64,000 bases of DNA from an uncultured Gemmatimonadales bacterium (GTDB lineage Bacteria > Gemmatimonadota > Gemmatimonadetes > JACCXV01 > JAHWKZ01). Shown here piece after piece: positions 44,454 to 52,571 of the stretch (positions within the stretch are counted from its first letter, which is position 1; the number at the start of each line of letters is the position of its first letter). The notes beneath the pieces are model-generated. The model worked only from the letters and a program-made list of their open reading frames with translations. It was not told where the DNA came from and made no database searches. The position numbers were made by a program, and so were the translations under genes. The stretch is taken from NCBI GenBank assembly GCA_964619975.1, contig CAZUIY010000327.1, positions 1,706 through 65,705 of the forward strand, read 5' to 3'.

Positions 44454-44916
44454 CGCTGTTGCCTCCGTTGCTCAGCGCCTCACGGGCAATACGGCGCATG
44501 GCCGCGCACCGCTCGTCGTCCATATACCCCTCTCGGCAGCCTTCGATCGCTCGCATTGCCACCGTCAGTTGCTGCGCCCGCCGCTCCGCGTCCCGCACGC
44601 GCTGGATGAGGCATTCCGCGTCCCGGAGCAGCATCGCCATAAGCCGGCCAAGGTCGTGCCGCCACTCGAAGTTCTGGTTGGCGCTGGCAATGACCGCCGT
44701 CCGTCCCATCGCGGGCAAGTCGCCGTCGTTAATCTCGGCGAGAATCGACCCCGCGTCCTGATAGTAGTCGCCCGGCGAGCCATCACCCGGCCTTGCGGTG
44801 TGGATGTCAACGCGCCCCTTCACGGCCGCAATTGCCGCCTCGATCCTCGCCAGTTCGTCATCGTCCGCGGGCTCCGGCGCAGGCTCGCGAGCGGTGGGTT
44901 GGTCATTCGTCGTCAT
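44446..44916 (-). CDS. Hypothetical protein (156 aa)
   Basis: Start MTTNDQPTARE at 44916 after GAAAGGA. Confidence 0.6.
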   Translation of the reverse strand: MTTNDQPTAREPAPEPADDDELARIEAAIAAVKGRVDIHTARPGDGSPGDYYQDAGSILAEINDGDLPAMGRTAVIASANQNFEWRHDLGRLMAMLLRDAECLIQRVRDAERRAQQLTVAMRAIEGCREGYMDDERCAAMRRIAREALSNGGNSDE

Positions 44917-45082
44917 CGTGCGTCCTTTCGATTGCTCGCGTCCCGCAACTTGCGACTCGCTGCGTACCCGAGTGCCTGCCGCTTGGCCGTAGCCTGCTCG
45001 CCGGGTCGCAGTGGTCGCTCGGCAAACAGAGCTGGGAGGATGGTGGCCAGTAGCCGCGCGGCTGGTTGCCAGTGGAGGGTAG

Positions 45083-45496
45083 TCACAGTGCGTCCTCGTG
45101 AAGCACTGGCATGATCGGATCCGACGACGTGTCAAGGCCGGTCAGCCGGTGCCCGAGATCACCCCAACACGCCACCCACAGGGGCGTGTGCTCGTCCATG
45201 ACAAAATCGCCACCCTTGTACCCCTCAAAGGTCTGGCCGATCAGGCTGCGGGCGTACTCAGCCAGCCGCCCAGCCGTTGTCGGCTCCGAATCAGCAAACG
45301 GCTCGAAGGCAAGATCGGCGTAGTATCCACGGTAACTGTCGGCCGTCATCGACATCGCAACGCGGCGCTCGGGATCAACACCGTCGAGCACGTCGATCAG
45401 CCTGCGAAGCGTCAACTGCGTGAGCGCCCGTTTGGCTCGGTGGCCATCAAGCAATTCGTTGAACAAGTTCTGTATCCACTCATCTCGCGGCATCAT
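45083..45496 (-). CDS. Hypothetical protein (137 aa)
   Basis: Start MMPRDEWIQNL at 45496. Confidence 0.6.
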   Translation of the reverse strand: MMPRDEWIQNLFNELLDGHRAKRALTQLTLRRLIDVLDGVDPERRVAMSMTADSYRGYYADLAFEPFADSEPTTAGRLAEYARSLIGQTFEGYKGGDFVMDEHTPLWVACWGDLGHRLTGLDTSSDPIMPVLHEDAL

Positions 45497-45530
45497 ATCG
45501 CTCCTGTTCGCGTCTCGCTTGCTCCTTGGG

Positions 45531-45791
45531 TCACCCGAATGCCGGGGCTGCGCCGTCGAGGTCGTCCTGGGTGGTGCCGGAGGGGTACCGGCTCGCGGGC
45601 GCCGGATACCGGCTGCGACCGACAATTCCTCGGCGTCGACGCGCCCGCTTCACCGTCTGGCGGTCTGCTCCAATGGCCATCACGATTTCGATGTCCGGCC
45701 GCTGGCCAAGGGGCAGATCGTCCCACGGGTAGGACTCGCCCTTGCCCCTCTCACCCCGCTTGCGTCGGCGCAGTTCCTTCATCCCGGCCAT
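45531..45791 (-). CDS. Small basic HTH-like protein (86 aa)
   Basis: Start MAGMKELRRRK. DIEIVMAIGADRQTVKRARRRRGI. The start is uncertain. Confidence 0.5.
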   Translation of the reverse strand: MAGMKELRRRKRGERGKGESYPWDDLPLGQRPDIEIVMAIGADRQTVKRARRRRGIVGRSRYPAPASRYPSGTTQDDLDGAAPAFG

Positions 45792-46455
45792 TCGAGTTCT
45801 CCTGTTCTTCGATCCACTCCACGGACCCGATTTCATCCAGCCGGCGCAGGTCGAACCCGTGACGGCGACGGATCTCTGCTGCCTTCTCCGCTGTCACTGG
45901 CGGTCCGTGCTCCACAGCCTCCCCGCCATGGATCGTCGGCCGCGGCGGTCCACCACCCTTGCGCAAGTGCGGCATCTCCACCCACTCGCGCTGCATCAGC
46001 AGTGATAGCCTTGACCGCAGCCCGTCGTCGCCGTTGTACGCCTCGGCCAGTTCCTTCGCGGAACGGTTCGCCGTCACGATCACAAAGGCGTCCGAAGCCA
46101 GCGCCGCGTCGAGCAACTGGAACATCACGTCCTGGCCAAACCCGTCGCGTTCACGGCCGAGGTCGTCCAGCAGAACCACGTCCGCCGCCTCGATCTGTCG
46201 GCGCATTGCGAACCTCGTGCGGGCGTCACGGTCGCCGGCAAACGTCGCGTGAACCTCGTCAACGAGGTCGGCCGCCTTGCCGGCGAACTTCCGATGTGGT
46301 CGCAGGGCGCGAGCCAGCTCGTGGGCGCAGTGCGTTTTGCCGGTGCCGGGCTTCCCATGCCAGAACACGCCGCGGAACTGTGCCGACGGCCACGCCGCGA
46401 CCAGATCCAGCGCCTCGGACCAGAACGGTGCCTGCTCGGGTGTTGGCTTGAACAT
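45751..46455 (-). CDS. DnaC/IstB-like AAA+ helicase loader (234 aa)
   Basis: Start MFKPTPEQ at 46455. Walker A GKPGTGKTH and Walker B VVLLDDLG. Immediately downstream of the initiator. Confidence 0.7.
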   Translation of the reverse strand: MFKPTPEQAPFWSEALDLVAAWPSAQFRGVFWHGKPGTGKTHCAHELARALRPHRKFAGKAADLVDEVHATFAGDRDARTRFAMRRQIEAADVVLLDDLGRERDGFGQDVMFQLLDAALASDAFVIVTANRSAKELAEAYNGDDGLRSRLSLLMQREWVEMPHLRKGGGPPRPTIHGGEAVEHGPPVTAEKAAEIRRRHGFDLRRLDEIGSVEWIEEQENSNGRDEGTAPTQAG

Positions 46456-47309
46456 CAGAACTCGTCCTCTCGCAGCCGGTACCCGGCGCTGACCTTGGGC
46501 GCGCCGCGCTTGTGCCCGTTGCTTCCGTTGCCACCCTTCATTGCCCGCGCCAGCCACGCCTCGGGGTCGTTGTCGTAGTCGGCCGCGTTCATCCAGACAA
46601 CGATGCCGCGCCAACTGCCATCCGGGTTGCTGGCGGCCATCGCGCCGTATTGCGCGCCGGATTCCATGACGCGCTGCCGGAAGCCGGCTTCCATGCCGTC
46701 AAGCAGCTTGAGCGCGCCGCCCTTGGAATCGCGGACGGTCACCGGCAGGTTGCTCCACCACGACTCGAACCACTGAGGGTACTTCGTCGCTGTCCGCTTC
46801 TTGGCCGCCGGCCTCTTGCTCGACTCGCTTCCGGGATAGAGACTCGCGCCCGCGCGCGTTTTCTCTCTCTCTTTCTCTATCTCTTGTTTCTCTCTGGCAT
46901 TACCGTTTCCGAAAGAAACAGACCCCCCCTCCCCCCAAGCCATAGCGGAACCAGCGTTCCGGTGTGGAACGTCAATTCCGGAATTATGGTGCGAGGATTC
47001 CGGAATCAGCGTTCCGGAATCAGGCTTCCGGTGTGGCCATAATCGGAATCGCCACGACCGCCCTGCCTTTTCGCGGGTGACAGCGCCGACCGTTTCCAGT
47101 TCCCGAATCCGGTCGCGATACCACCGGTCGGTTCTGTCGATGCCATCCATGAGGTCCGACGTACTGGCGATGCAGAACGCTTCGCCACCGGCCACGCAGA
47201 GTGCGTGAAGCCGCAGCCAGATACGGATAGCGCCGTCGGAAATGGACGACTCGGAAAGCCAGCGGGGAACCCTGTCAAACTCCACGCTGTCCCACTTGCG
47301 GAAGTTCAT
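46455..47309 (-). CDS. Replication initiator-like protein (284 aa) with an internal iteron-encoded linker
   Basis: ORF track. N-terminal wHTH-like part. The central low-complexity linker is encoded by the TTCCGG iterons and CT tract. Precedes the DnaC-like gene. Confidence 0.6.
   Translation of the reverse strand: MNFRKWDSVEFDRVPRWLSESSISDGAIRIWLRLHALCVAGGEAFCIASTSDLMDGIDRTDRWYRDRIRELETVGAVTREKAGRSWRFRLWPHRKPDSGTLIPESSHHNSGIDVPHRNAGSAMAWGEGGSVSFGNGNAREKQEIEKEREKTRAGASLYPGSESSKRPAAKKRTATKYPQWFESWWSNLPVTVRDSKGGALKLLDGMEAGFRQRVMESGAQYGAMAASNPDGSWRGIVVWMNAADYDNDPEAWLARAMKGGNGSNGHKRGAPKVSAGYRLREDEF
46861..47050. repeat. Candidate replication origin: CT-rich tract plus five TTCCGG(AA) iterons inside the initiator gene
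   Basis: Polypyrimidine run at 46861-46897. C-run at 46923-46936. TTCCGG cores at 46957, 46976, 46998, 47012 and 47026, three of them as palindromic TTCCGGAA. CGTTCCGG and TTCCGGTGTGG sub-repeats. Confidence 0.55.
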
Positions 47310-47914
47310 TCGGCGCCTCCCCTCTTATGGCGGCCGTTCCGCTCGTGGTAGCCCTTGTGACACCGATGGCAGAGAACCGTCAGGTCGGCCGGGTGCTCGT
47401 CTCCTAGCCGCTCGTAGGTCGTGTGGTGGACGTGCAGTTCCAGGTTGCCAGCCCCGCACAGCTGGCAGCGGTAGTAGGCCCGCTTGAGGGCTTCCTTTCG
47501 CTTCAAGTGCCAGTGCGGGGTTTGCAGATACTCCGCGTACGGCAACTCGTTCAGCGGCGTGGGCGGTGGGCGTCTGTCCATCTCCCGCAACCATGCCCTG
47601 TTTTCGGCCAACTCCCGCGCTTCGGCTTGCTCCTTCTCCTCTGCCTCGCGCCGCTTCTTCTCGCGCATGATGGCAAGGATTTCTTCTCTGGTTGCGTTCT
47701 CCGGGTACCCGAGCATCTCGCAAAAGAACTTGCTTCTGGTGAGCGAGAACACCCGATCGGCAGCCTCCTCCTCCAGTTGACGCTCGTGTTCTTCTCGCTT
47801 GCGGCGCTGGGCTTCTTTGCGTTCAGCAAGCTCCTCGGGGGTTTCCTCGTGGTTGATGGCGGCCTTCAACTTCGCGAGAAAGGCCGAGAACTTTTCTTGC
47901 TTCTCGTTGCTCAC
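47306..47914 (-). CDS. HNH-motif protein (202 aa)
   Basis: GTG 47914 in a GTGA overlap. C-terminal CQLCG...LHVHHTTYERLGDE...DLTVLCHRCH..H. Confidence 0.6.
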   Translation of the reverse strand: MSNEKQEKFSAFLAKLKAAINHEETPEELAERKEAQRRKREEHERQLEEEAADRVFSLTRSKFFCEMLGYPENATREEILAIMREKKRREAEEKEQAEARELAENRAWLREMDRRPPPTPLNELPYAEYLQTPHWHLKRKEALKRAYYRCQLCGAGNLELHVHHTTYERLGDEHPADLTVLCHRCHKGYHERNGRHKRGGAE

Positions 47915-49137
47915 GACGCTCCCCCCTCCCGGCGGCCGTCCACCTCCACACGCACACGCTCGCCCCACTGGCTGGCCATGTAGGCCCGCACGAACAGCGC
48001 CCCTACGGCTGGGACGATGGCGTTGCCGGCAAGACGCAGCGCAGCCACGCGACCGCGAACGGTCCCAACTGCAACCAAAGGCTGAAGCCCGGATTCAAGC
48101 ACTGGCGAGGGGATTCGGCGGTGTCGTCCGTCGGCGCAGGCGATCCAGTGGTCGCCCCAGTCATTTGCGCTGTCGTCGCCAGATCGTTGTTCGCGCCCTT
48201 GCGCTCGGCTTCTCGCATCGCGCCTTCGGGCGTCCGCTCGTTCTTCTCGCCGTCCGTTGCTCGCGGCGTCGCCCATCCCGCGAGGCTCACTTGCCGGCCC
48301 AGCAGCGCGTTGATCGGCGTGTTCTCCAGCGTCGCGCCGCCGTCCTTGTGGTCGCGGGTCGTCGGCGTTGCCCATCCCGCTGCTTTGCTGACGGCGTCCA
48401 CCAGCGTGTCTCCGGCGTAAATCCCCGTTGGTGGAATCTTGTTTCGCTTTGCCGTCGAGTTTCGGGCTGATCGACTGTCCCCCACCATCGGCGTCGGCCA
48501 CGCCGCTAGCTGCTCCACCGCGTTCAGGCTCACTGTCGCTTTGCTGCCGTCCGGCCGTCTGCCGGTGGGGCTGGCATCCTTCGCCATCTGCGATCCATCC
48601 GCGTTCCCCTTTGTTGGCGTCGGCCATCCGGTCGGCAACCCACCAGAGCCGCTGTCGCTGGTGCGGCGCGCCGACGCTGCAAGCTGGGAGACGGGAAGCC
48701 CCGACCCGGTAAAGCTCTGACTCCAGGTCAGCGAGTATTCCGGTGAGCCATTCAAATCCACCAGCTCCACTAACTTGCTCGCCAATCGCAACGAGAGGGC
48801 GACACTCGCAGATGAGGCGTAGTGCCTCCGGCCAGAGGTGCCGTTCGTCGTCGGCGCCTTGCTGCTTGCCCGCGACACTGAACGGCTGGCAGGGGCAAGA
48901 GGCTGTCCAAACAGGTCGGTCGTCGGGCCAGCCGGCGAGTCGCAGGGCGAGGGACCATCCGCCAAGCCCGGCAAACAGGTGCACTTGCGTGTATCCGGCG
49001 AGGTCGGCTGGCTGGATGTCTGCGATTGATCGGCCATCCACGTCTCCCGGTGCAATCAGCCCCTCCGCGATCAGCCGGCGCAGTGTCTCGCAGGCGTGCG
49101 GGTCGATGTCGTTGTAGTAGGCGGTGGGTTCAGGCAT
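47911..49137 (-). CDS. dcm: DNA cytosine-5 methyltransferase (408 aa) with a low-complexity central linker
   Basis: Start MPEPTAYYNDID at 49137. Motifs FAGLGG (I), PCQPFS (IV), GEQV (VI), QRQR (VIII) and GNAIVP (X) all lie in this frame. Confidence 0.75.
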   Translation of the reverse strand: MPEPTAYYNDIDPHACETLRRLIAEGLIAPGDVDGRSIADIQPADLAGYTQVHLFAGLGGWSLALRLAGWPDDRPVWTASCPCQPFSVAGKQQGADDERHLWPEALRLICECRPLVAIGEQVSGAGGFEWLTGILADLESELYRVGASRLPACSVGAPHQRQRLWWVADRMADANKGERGWIADGEGCQPHRQTAGRQQSDSEPERGGAASGVADADGGGQSISPKLDGKAKQDSTNGDLRRRHAGGRRQQSSGMGNADDPRPQGRRRDAGEHADQRAAGPASEPRGMGDAASNGRREERADARRRDARSRAQGREQRSGDDSANDWGDHWIACADGRHRRIPSPVLESGLQPLVAVGTVRGRVAALRLAGNAIVPAVGALFVRAYMASQWGERVRVEVDGRREGGAS

Positions 49138-49864
49138 CGGCCACCTCCACGCGCTCGAACCCCAGCACCCACACCCACGGCGAGTCCGCCCACGCGCACC
49201 CCGGCCGCTTGCCGTTGATGGCGTCCCACGCGCGGGCGAACGCCACGCGGTGCAGGTTGCCCGGCTCCAACCGGCCGTATCCCTCGATGCCCAGGTGTCC
49301 GCGAGCGCCGTTGGCGGTGATGAACGCCTCGCGTTCGGGGTCGACGCCTTCGGCCTGCGCATCCGCCTCGCTGATCTCCGTTACCCGCTCCACGCGCACG
49401 TCTGTGATGCGCAGGGTCAGGCGCGACGCCCAGCGCGGCATGTGGATGGGCGACTTCCACGGCCCAACCCGAATGCACCGCACGGTTCCGTCGGCCGCCA
49501 CGTAGTTGAAGCAGTCATGTTCGTCACACCCGGCTCGGTAAGCGACGATCTGCCGGCCGTCGTCCATGTCCAGCACGGCCCATGTCTCCCGCACCCAAAG
49601 CATGTCGCCCGGCGCCCCATACGGGCAGCGCCACGCCTGCTCGCCGTCCAGCGTCGAGACGCCGAACACCGGATCGCCGGGATGCGCGATGCCGCCGGCA
49701 CCGACCACGGTCGGGTGGTACCACTTGGCCGACGTGAGGGCGCAGTCGCCGTCCGGCTGCGGCTTCACCACGCGCCGCGTCATCGTCTTGCGGCCGTCGA
49801 GGATCGCGCAGATGTTGGCGCCGCCAAAGATGATCGGGCGGCTCTTGGTGGTCGCGTCACCCAC
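49130..49864 (-). CDS. ASCH-like domain protein (244 aa)
   Basis: IIFGGANICAILDGRKTMTRRV...GDMLWVRETW...MPRWASRLTLRITDVRVERV pattern recalled from phage ASCH-type proteins. Confidence 0.45.
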   Translation of the reverse strand: MGDATTKSRPIIFGGANICAILDGRKTMTRRVVKPQPDGDCALTSAKWYHPTVVGAGGIAHPGDPVFGVSTLDGEQAWRCPYGAPGDMLWVRETWAVLDMDDGRQIVAYRAGCDEHDCFNYVAADGTVRCIRVGPWKSPIHMPRWASRLTLRITDVRVERVTEISEADAQAEGVDPEREAFITANGARGHLGIEGYGRLEPGNLHRVAFARAWDAINGKRPGCAWADSPWVWVLGFERVEVADA

Positions 49865-50186
49865 GGTCCACCTCCCCCGCCTCGCGGCCCTCCACCCAGT
49901 CCGCGAGCACGCGCCGGCCCGCGGCCGATCGAATCGTGATCAGCCCGCAGCCGGCCAACCACTGCATGGCGTCAGCGTTAGCCGAGATGCCGAACGAGTC
50001 GATGGTGACCCGGCCCGGCGTGGTGTGCGTCAACTCGTCCGTCGAGCAATGCTGGTTGATCAGTTCGAGAACGTGCTGCTGGGCGACCTCCAACGCGGCC
50101 GACCGCACCCGCAGCGCTGCCCGCGCCTCGTCCCGCTCGCGCCGCAGCGCGTCGATCTGATCCTGCGTGATGCGGTCACTCGGCAT
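49857..50186 (-). CDS. Hypothetical protein (109 aa)
   Basis: Start MPSDRITQDQ at 50186 after AGGAGG. Confidence 0.6.
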   Translation of the reverse strand: MPSDRITQDQIDALRRERDEARAALRVRSAALEVAQQHVLELINQHCSTDELTHTTPGRVTIDSFGISANADAMQWLAGCGLITIRSAAGRRVLADWVEGREAGEVDRG

Positions 50187-50697
50187 GGTCGGCCTCCTGC
50201 TGCTTGTGCTCGCCGTTCTGCATCGCCACGATCCGCAACCGCTCGGCCTCTCCGGCGCAACCGGCCAGCCGCCGAGCCAGCGAGAGCAGCAGCCGGTTCT
50301 CGTTGGCCATCTGCCAGAGTGTCCGCTTGCGCTCGATGCGGCGATCACGACGGCCGACGATCTTGCGTACAGTCGTGCCCCACACCTCAGCCAGCAGCCA
50401 TCCATCGGGCAGTTCGTCGGGCTTGATCAGCCCCTTCGGCGTCAGGTACCAGCGTTCGTCACCGAGTCCGCCGTCGGCGTTCTTGCGGTGATGCTTCTTG
50501 CGGTCGCGCAGGAAGTCGTCGCGGCTCGTCTTGCACTCGACCACGATCGAGCGGTGAGCGGTCCAGCCCATCGCGTCCACCTGTTCGGACGTGACCGTGA
50601 ACTCGCTGATGACGATGGAGCAGCCCATGGTGCCGCGAAGCCAGCGCAGGGCGCGGCATACCAGTTCGTCGTGGCTGGTGGAGGTGGATGTGGTCAC
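50176..50697 (-). CDS. PD-(D/E)XK-type nuclease-like protein (173 aa)
   Basis: GTG 50697 in a GTGA overlap. VDAMGW...SIVVECKTSRDDF fits D...E-x-K. Confidence 0.5.
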   Translation of the reverse strand: MTTSTSTSHDELVCRALRWLRGTMGCSIVISEFTVTSEQVDAMGWTAHRSIVVECKTSRDDFLRDRKKHHRKNADGGLGDERWYLTPKGLIKPDELPDGWLLAEVWGTTVRKIVGRRDRRIERKRTLWQMANENRLLLSLARRLAGCAGEAERLRIVAMQNGEHKQQEADHAE

Positions 50698-50930
50698 GCG
50701 CCATCCCCTTCCGCGCCGTCGCCGGCCTGCTCGCGCATCTCGGCCAGTTGCTGGTGCAGCGCGTCACGCTCCCACGCCAGCCCGTCCCGCTCGCGAATCA
50801 GCCGCATCACGGTTTGCGCGTGTGGCGTCAGCGACTTGTCGCCAAAGGCCCGCGTCGGCAGCACGCACCACGCGGCGTCGTCCCACAATGCTTGTTCGTC
50901 GGCGGGTCGCCGGGGCTGGTCAGCGGGCAT
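50694..50930 (-). CDS. Small protein (78 aa)
   Basis: Start MPADQPRRPADE at 50930, inside junction cassette copy 1. Confidence 0.55.
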   Translation of the reverse strand: MPADQPRRPADEQALWDDAAWCVLPTRAFGDKSLTPHAQTVMRLIRERDGLAWERDALHQQLAEMREQAGDGAEGDGA

Positions 50931-51303
50931 CGTCGCCTCCGTCGTTGGAGGCGGCCTGCTGGCGCTGGAGCCGGTCAATCTCGGCCGCAATCAGGGCACC
51001 GGCCCGCACGAGATCATGCAGCCTGTCCCCCTTGGTCTTCGGATGCCCTTGCACCCACTCCTCTTCGTATCTCGTCAGCCTTGTCAGAAATGGCCAAGGA
51101 TGACTGAATTGAATCCCGCCCTCGTGAATCGCGATCTTGGAGTAGTCCGGCGCCGCATACGAAATGGCGGCCAGCGCAAGCTGCCCCTTGACGTGCTGGT
51201 CGTCGTGCTCTGGCGTCCAGCCCTCGACAGACTGCTGCCGCTCGCGCTCGCGTGCGATCAGTTGGGCGCCGGTCAGGTTGTCGGTGGGTTGCTGGTCAGG
51301 CAT
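50920..51303 (-). CDS. Hypothetical protein (127 aa) ending in AASNDGGDDAR
   Basis: Start MPDQQPTDNL at 51303. Confidence 0.6.
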   Translation of the reverse strand: MPDQQPTDNLTGAQLIARERERQQSVEGWTPEHDDQHVKGQLALAAISYAAPDYSKIAIHEGGIQFSHPWPFLTRLTRYEEEWVQGHPKTKGDRLHDLVRAGALIAAEIDRLQRQQAASNDGGDDAR

Positions 51304-51514
51304 CGTCGCCTCCAATCTCGTGTCCGAAATGGGCGGTCAACAAGCCGTCCCGCTCCCGCTTTTTGCGCTCCACGGCCATCTGCCAGACGAGCAGGGACAA
51401 CATCCCGGCCATCGGCACATTCCTCTCGGCCGACTCTCGCTTCAAGGCATCCAGAAGATGATGCGGGAGGTCGCACACCACCCTCGTTCGGTCGCCGGTG
51501 TGATCAGCAGGCAT
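51296..51514 (-). CDS. RHH-like small protein (72 aa)
   Basis: ORF track. RVVCDLPHHLLDALKRESAERNVPMAGMLSLLV. Confidence 0.5.
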   Translation of the reverse strand: MPADHTGDRTRVVCDLPHHLLDALKRESAERNVPMAGMLSLLVWQMAVERKKRERDGLLTAHFGHEIGGDDA

Positions 51515-52142
51515 CGTCGCCTCCGTCGTTGGAGGCGGCCTGATACACGCGCGGCACCATCAGGCCGGCTGCGCGATCGCAGTAGAACTGCCACTCATCG
51601 AGGAACGACGCTTTCGCCTCGTCCGGCCCCCACGGCTCGATCTCGATGCCGTCGATGGCGTCCGGAACATCCCAGTCCCCGCGGTCGGCCATGCCGAACT
51701 CGCGGGCCTCGGTGGCCAGGATCGCGTTGTCCACCGCCTGGATGATGTTGGCGAAGGGATACGCGAGCCTGAACTGGCGGAAGATGCTCGCCGCCAGCGC
51801 CTTCTCCAACGCCTTGTAGCCGGGCAGCATCAGCTTCAACGGGCGCGGAATGTCGGCCATGTAGGCTTCGGCCGCGTCGTGCAGCATAGCGGCCTTGGCC
51901 AGCCACGCCTCGCCGGTGCGCTCCATCACCTGTTCGGCGACCAGCACCGAATGCTGGGCGACGGAGTAGAACGTCGGGCACTGGCCAGCAAACCGGCAGA
52001 TATGCGCAAGCCCGTGGGCGATGTCCTCGATGGAGTAGCGGTTCTCGCGCCGCCGCTCGCCGAAGTAGACGCGCCGCCCGGATGCCGTGGCGATCCAGCC
52101 TTCGTCGCGGGCCGGCTGGTTGGTGGGTTGATGGTCACTCAT
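51504..52142 (-). CDS. HD-domain phosphohydrolase, YfbR-like 5'-deoxynucleotidase type (212 aa)
   Basis: Start MSDHQPTNQ at 52142. SVAQHS...MLHDAAEAYMADIP gives the H...HD...E...D pattern. Confidence 0.6.
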   Translation of the reverse strand: MSDHQPTNQPARDEGWIATASGRRVYFGERRRENRYSIEDIAHGLAHICRFAGQCPTFYSVAQHSVLVAEQVMERTGEAWLAKAAMLHDAAEAYMADIPRPLKLMLPGYKALEKALAASIFRQFRLAYPFANIIQAVDNAILATEAREFGMADRGDWDVPDAIDGIEIEPWGPDEAKASFLDEWQFYCDRAAGLMVPRVYQAASNDGGDDAC

Positions 52143-52407
52143 GGCTGCCTCCGTCGTTGGAGGCGGCCTCCTGGCGTCCCACAATGTCGCAGCGGCGGAT
52201 TTCGCGCGCCCCGGTGTCGCGCTTCAAGCGCGCAACGTCGCCCTCGATGTCGCTCACGATCACCCGACCGTCGGCCACATAGAGGTAGCCGCAGTAGACC
52301 GGGTAGTCGTCCGCGAGAACGGGCTCGTCGTAGTTGTCTGGTGTGGGTTGCGCCGCGTCGGTCTTGTTGACGGACGGATCGCCGCTAGGTAGCGTGGGCT
52401 CAGTCAT
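52135..52407 (-). CDS. Small protein (90 aa) ending in AASNDGGSHE
   Basis: ORF track. Confidence 0.6.
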   Translation of the reverse strand: MTEPTLPSGDPSVNKTDAAQPTPDNYDEPVLADDYPVYCGYLYVADGRVIVSDIEGDVARLKRDTGAREIRRCDIVGRQEAASNDGGSHE

Positions 52408-52571
52408 GACGACTCCTCTTCAGTCGTTGTGATCAGGGCTGCGGGAAGGGGTGAGAGCCTTGCCGTAGCCCGCCTGCTCGCGGAGGGATTGGCCCCCTCC
52501 GCTACGAGCAGTTTACGACGAACGCGGCGGGCTAGGCAAGGCAGTATTTTCGGTGGTCTGGTGGCAGTCAT
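52404..52571 (-). CDS. Doubtful small ORF (55 aa)
   Basis: ATGA overlaps at both ends, but low GC3 and an Arg-rich product. It may be a non-coding spacer. Confidence 0.25.
   Translation of the reverse strand: MTATRPPKILPCLARRVRRKLLVAEGANPSASRRATARLSPLPAALITTTEEESS

Noticed and set aside
44917-45082. 166-nt gap between minus-strand genes containing CGCAAGTTGCG
   Set aside because: The near-palindrome is too short to form a hairpin, and no clear promoter hexamers were found. It may be a minor internal regulatory spacer, but the evidence is insufficient.
47911-49362. N-terminal extension of the Dcm ORF (start at 49362)
   Set aside because: The first 75 codons are Arg/Ser/Thr-rich and overlap the upstream ASCH-like gene. 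ATG 49137 (MPEPTAYYND) gives a normal overlap and precedes motif I.
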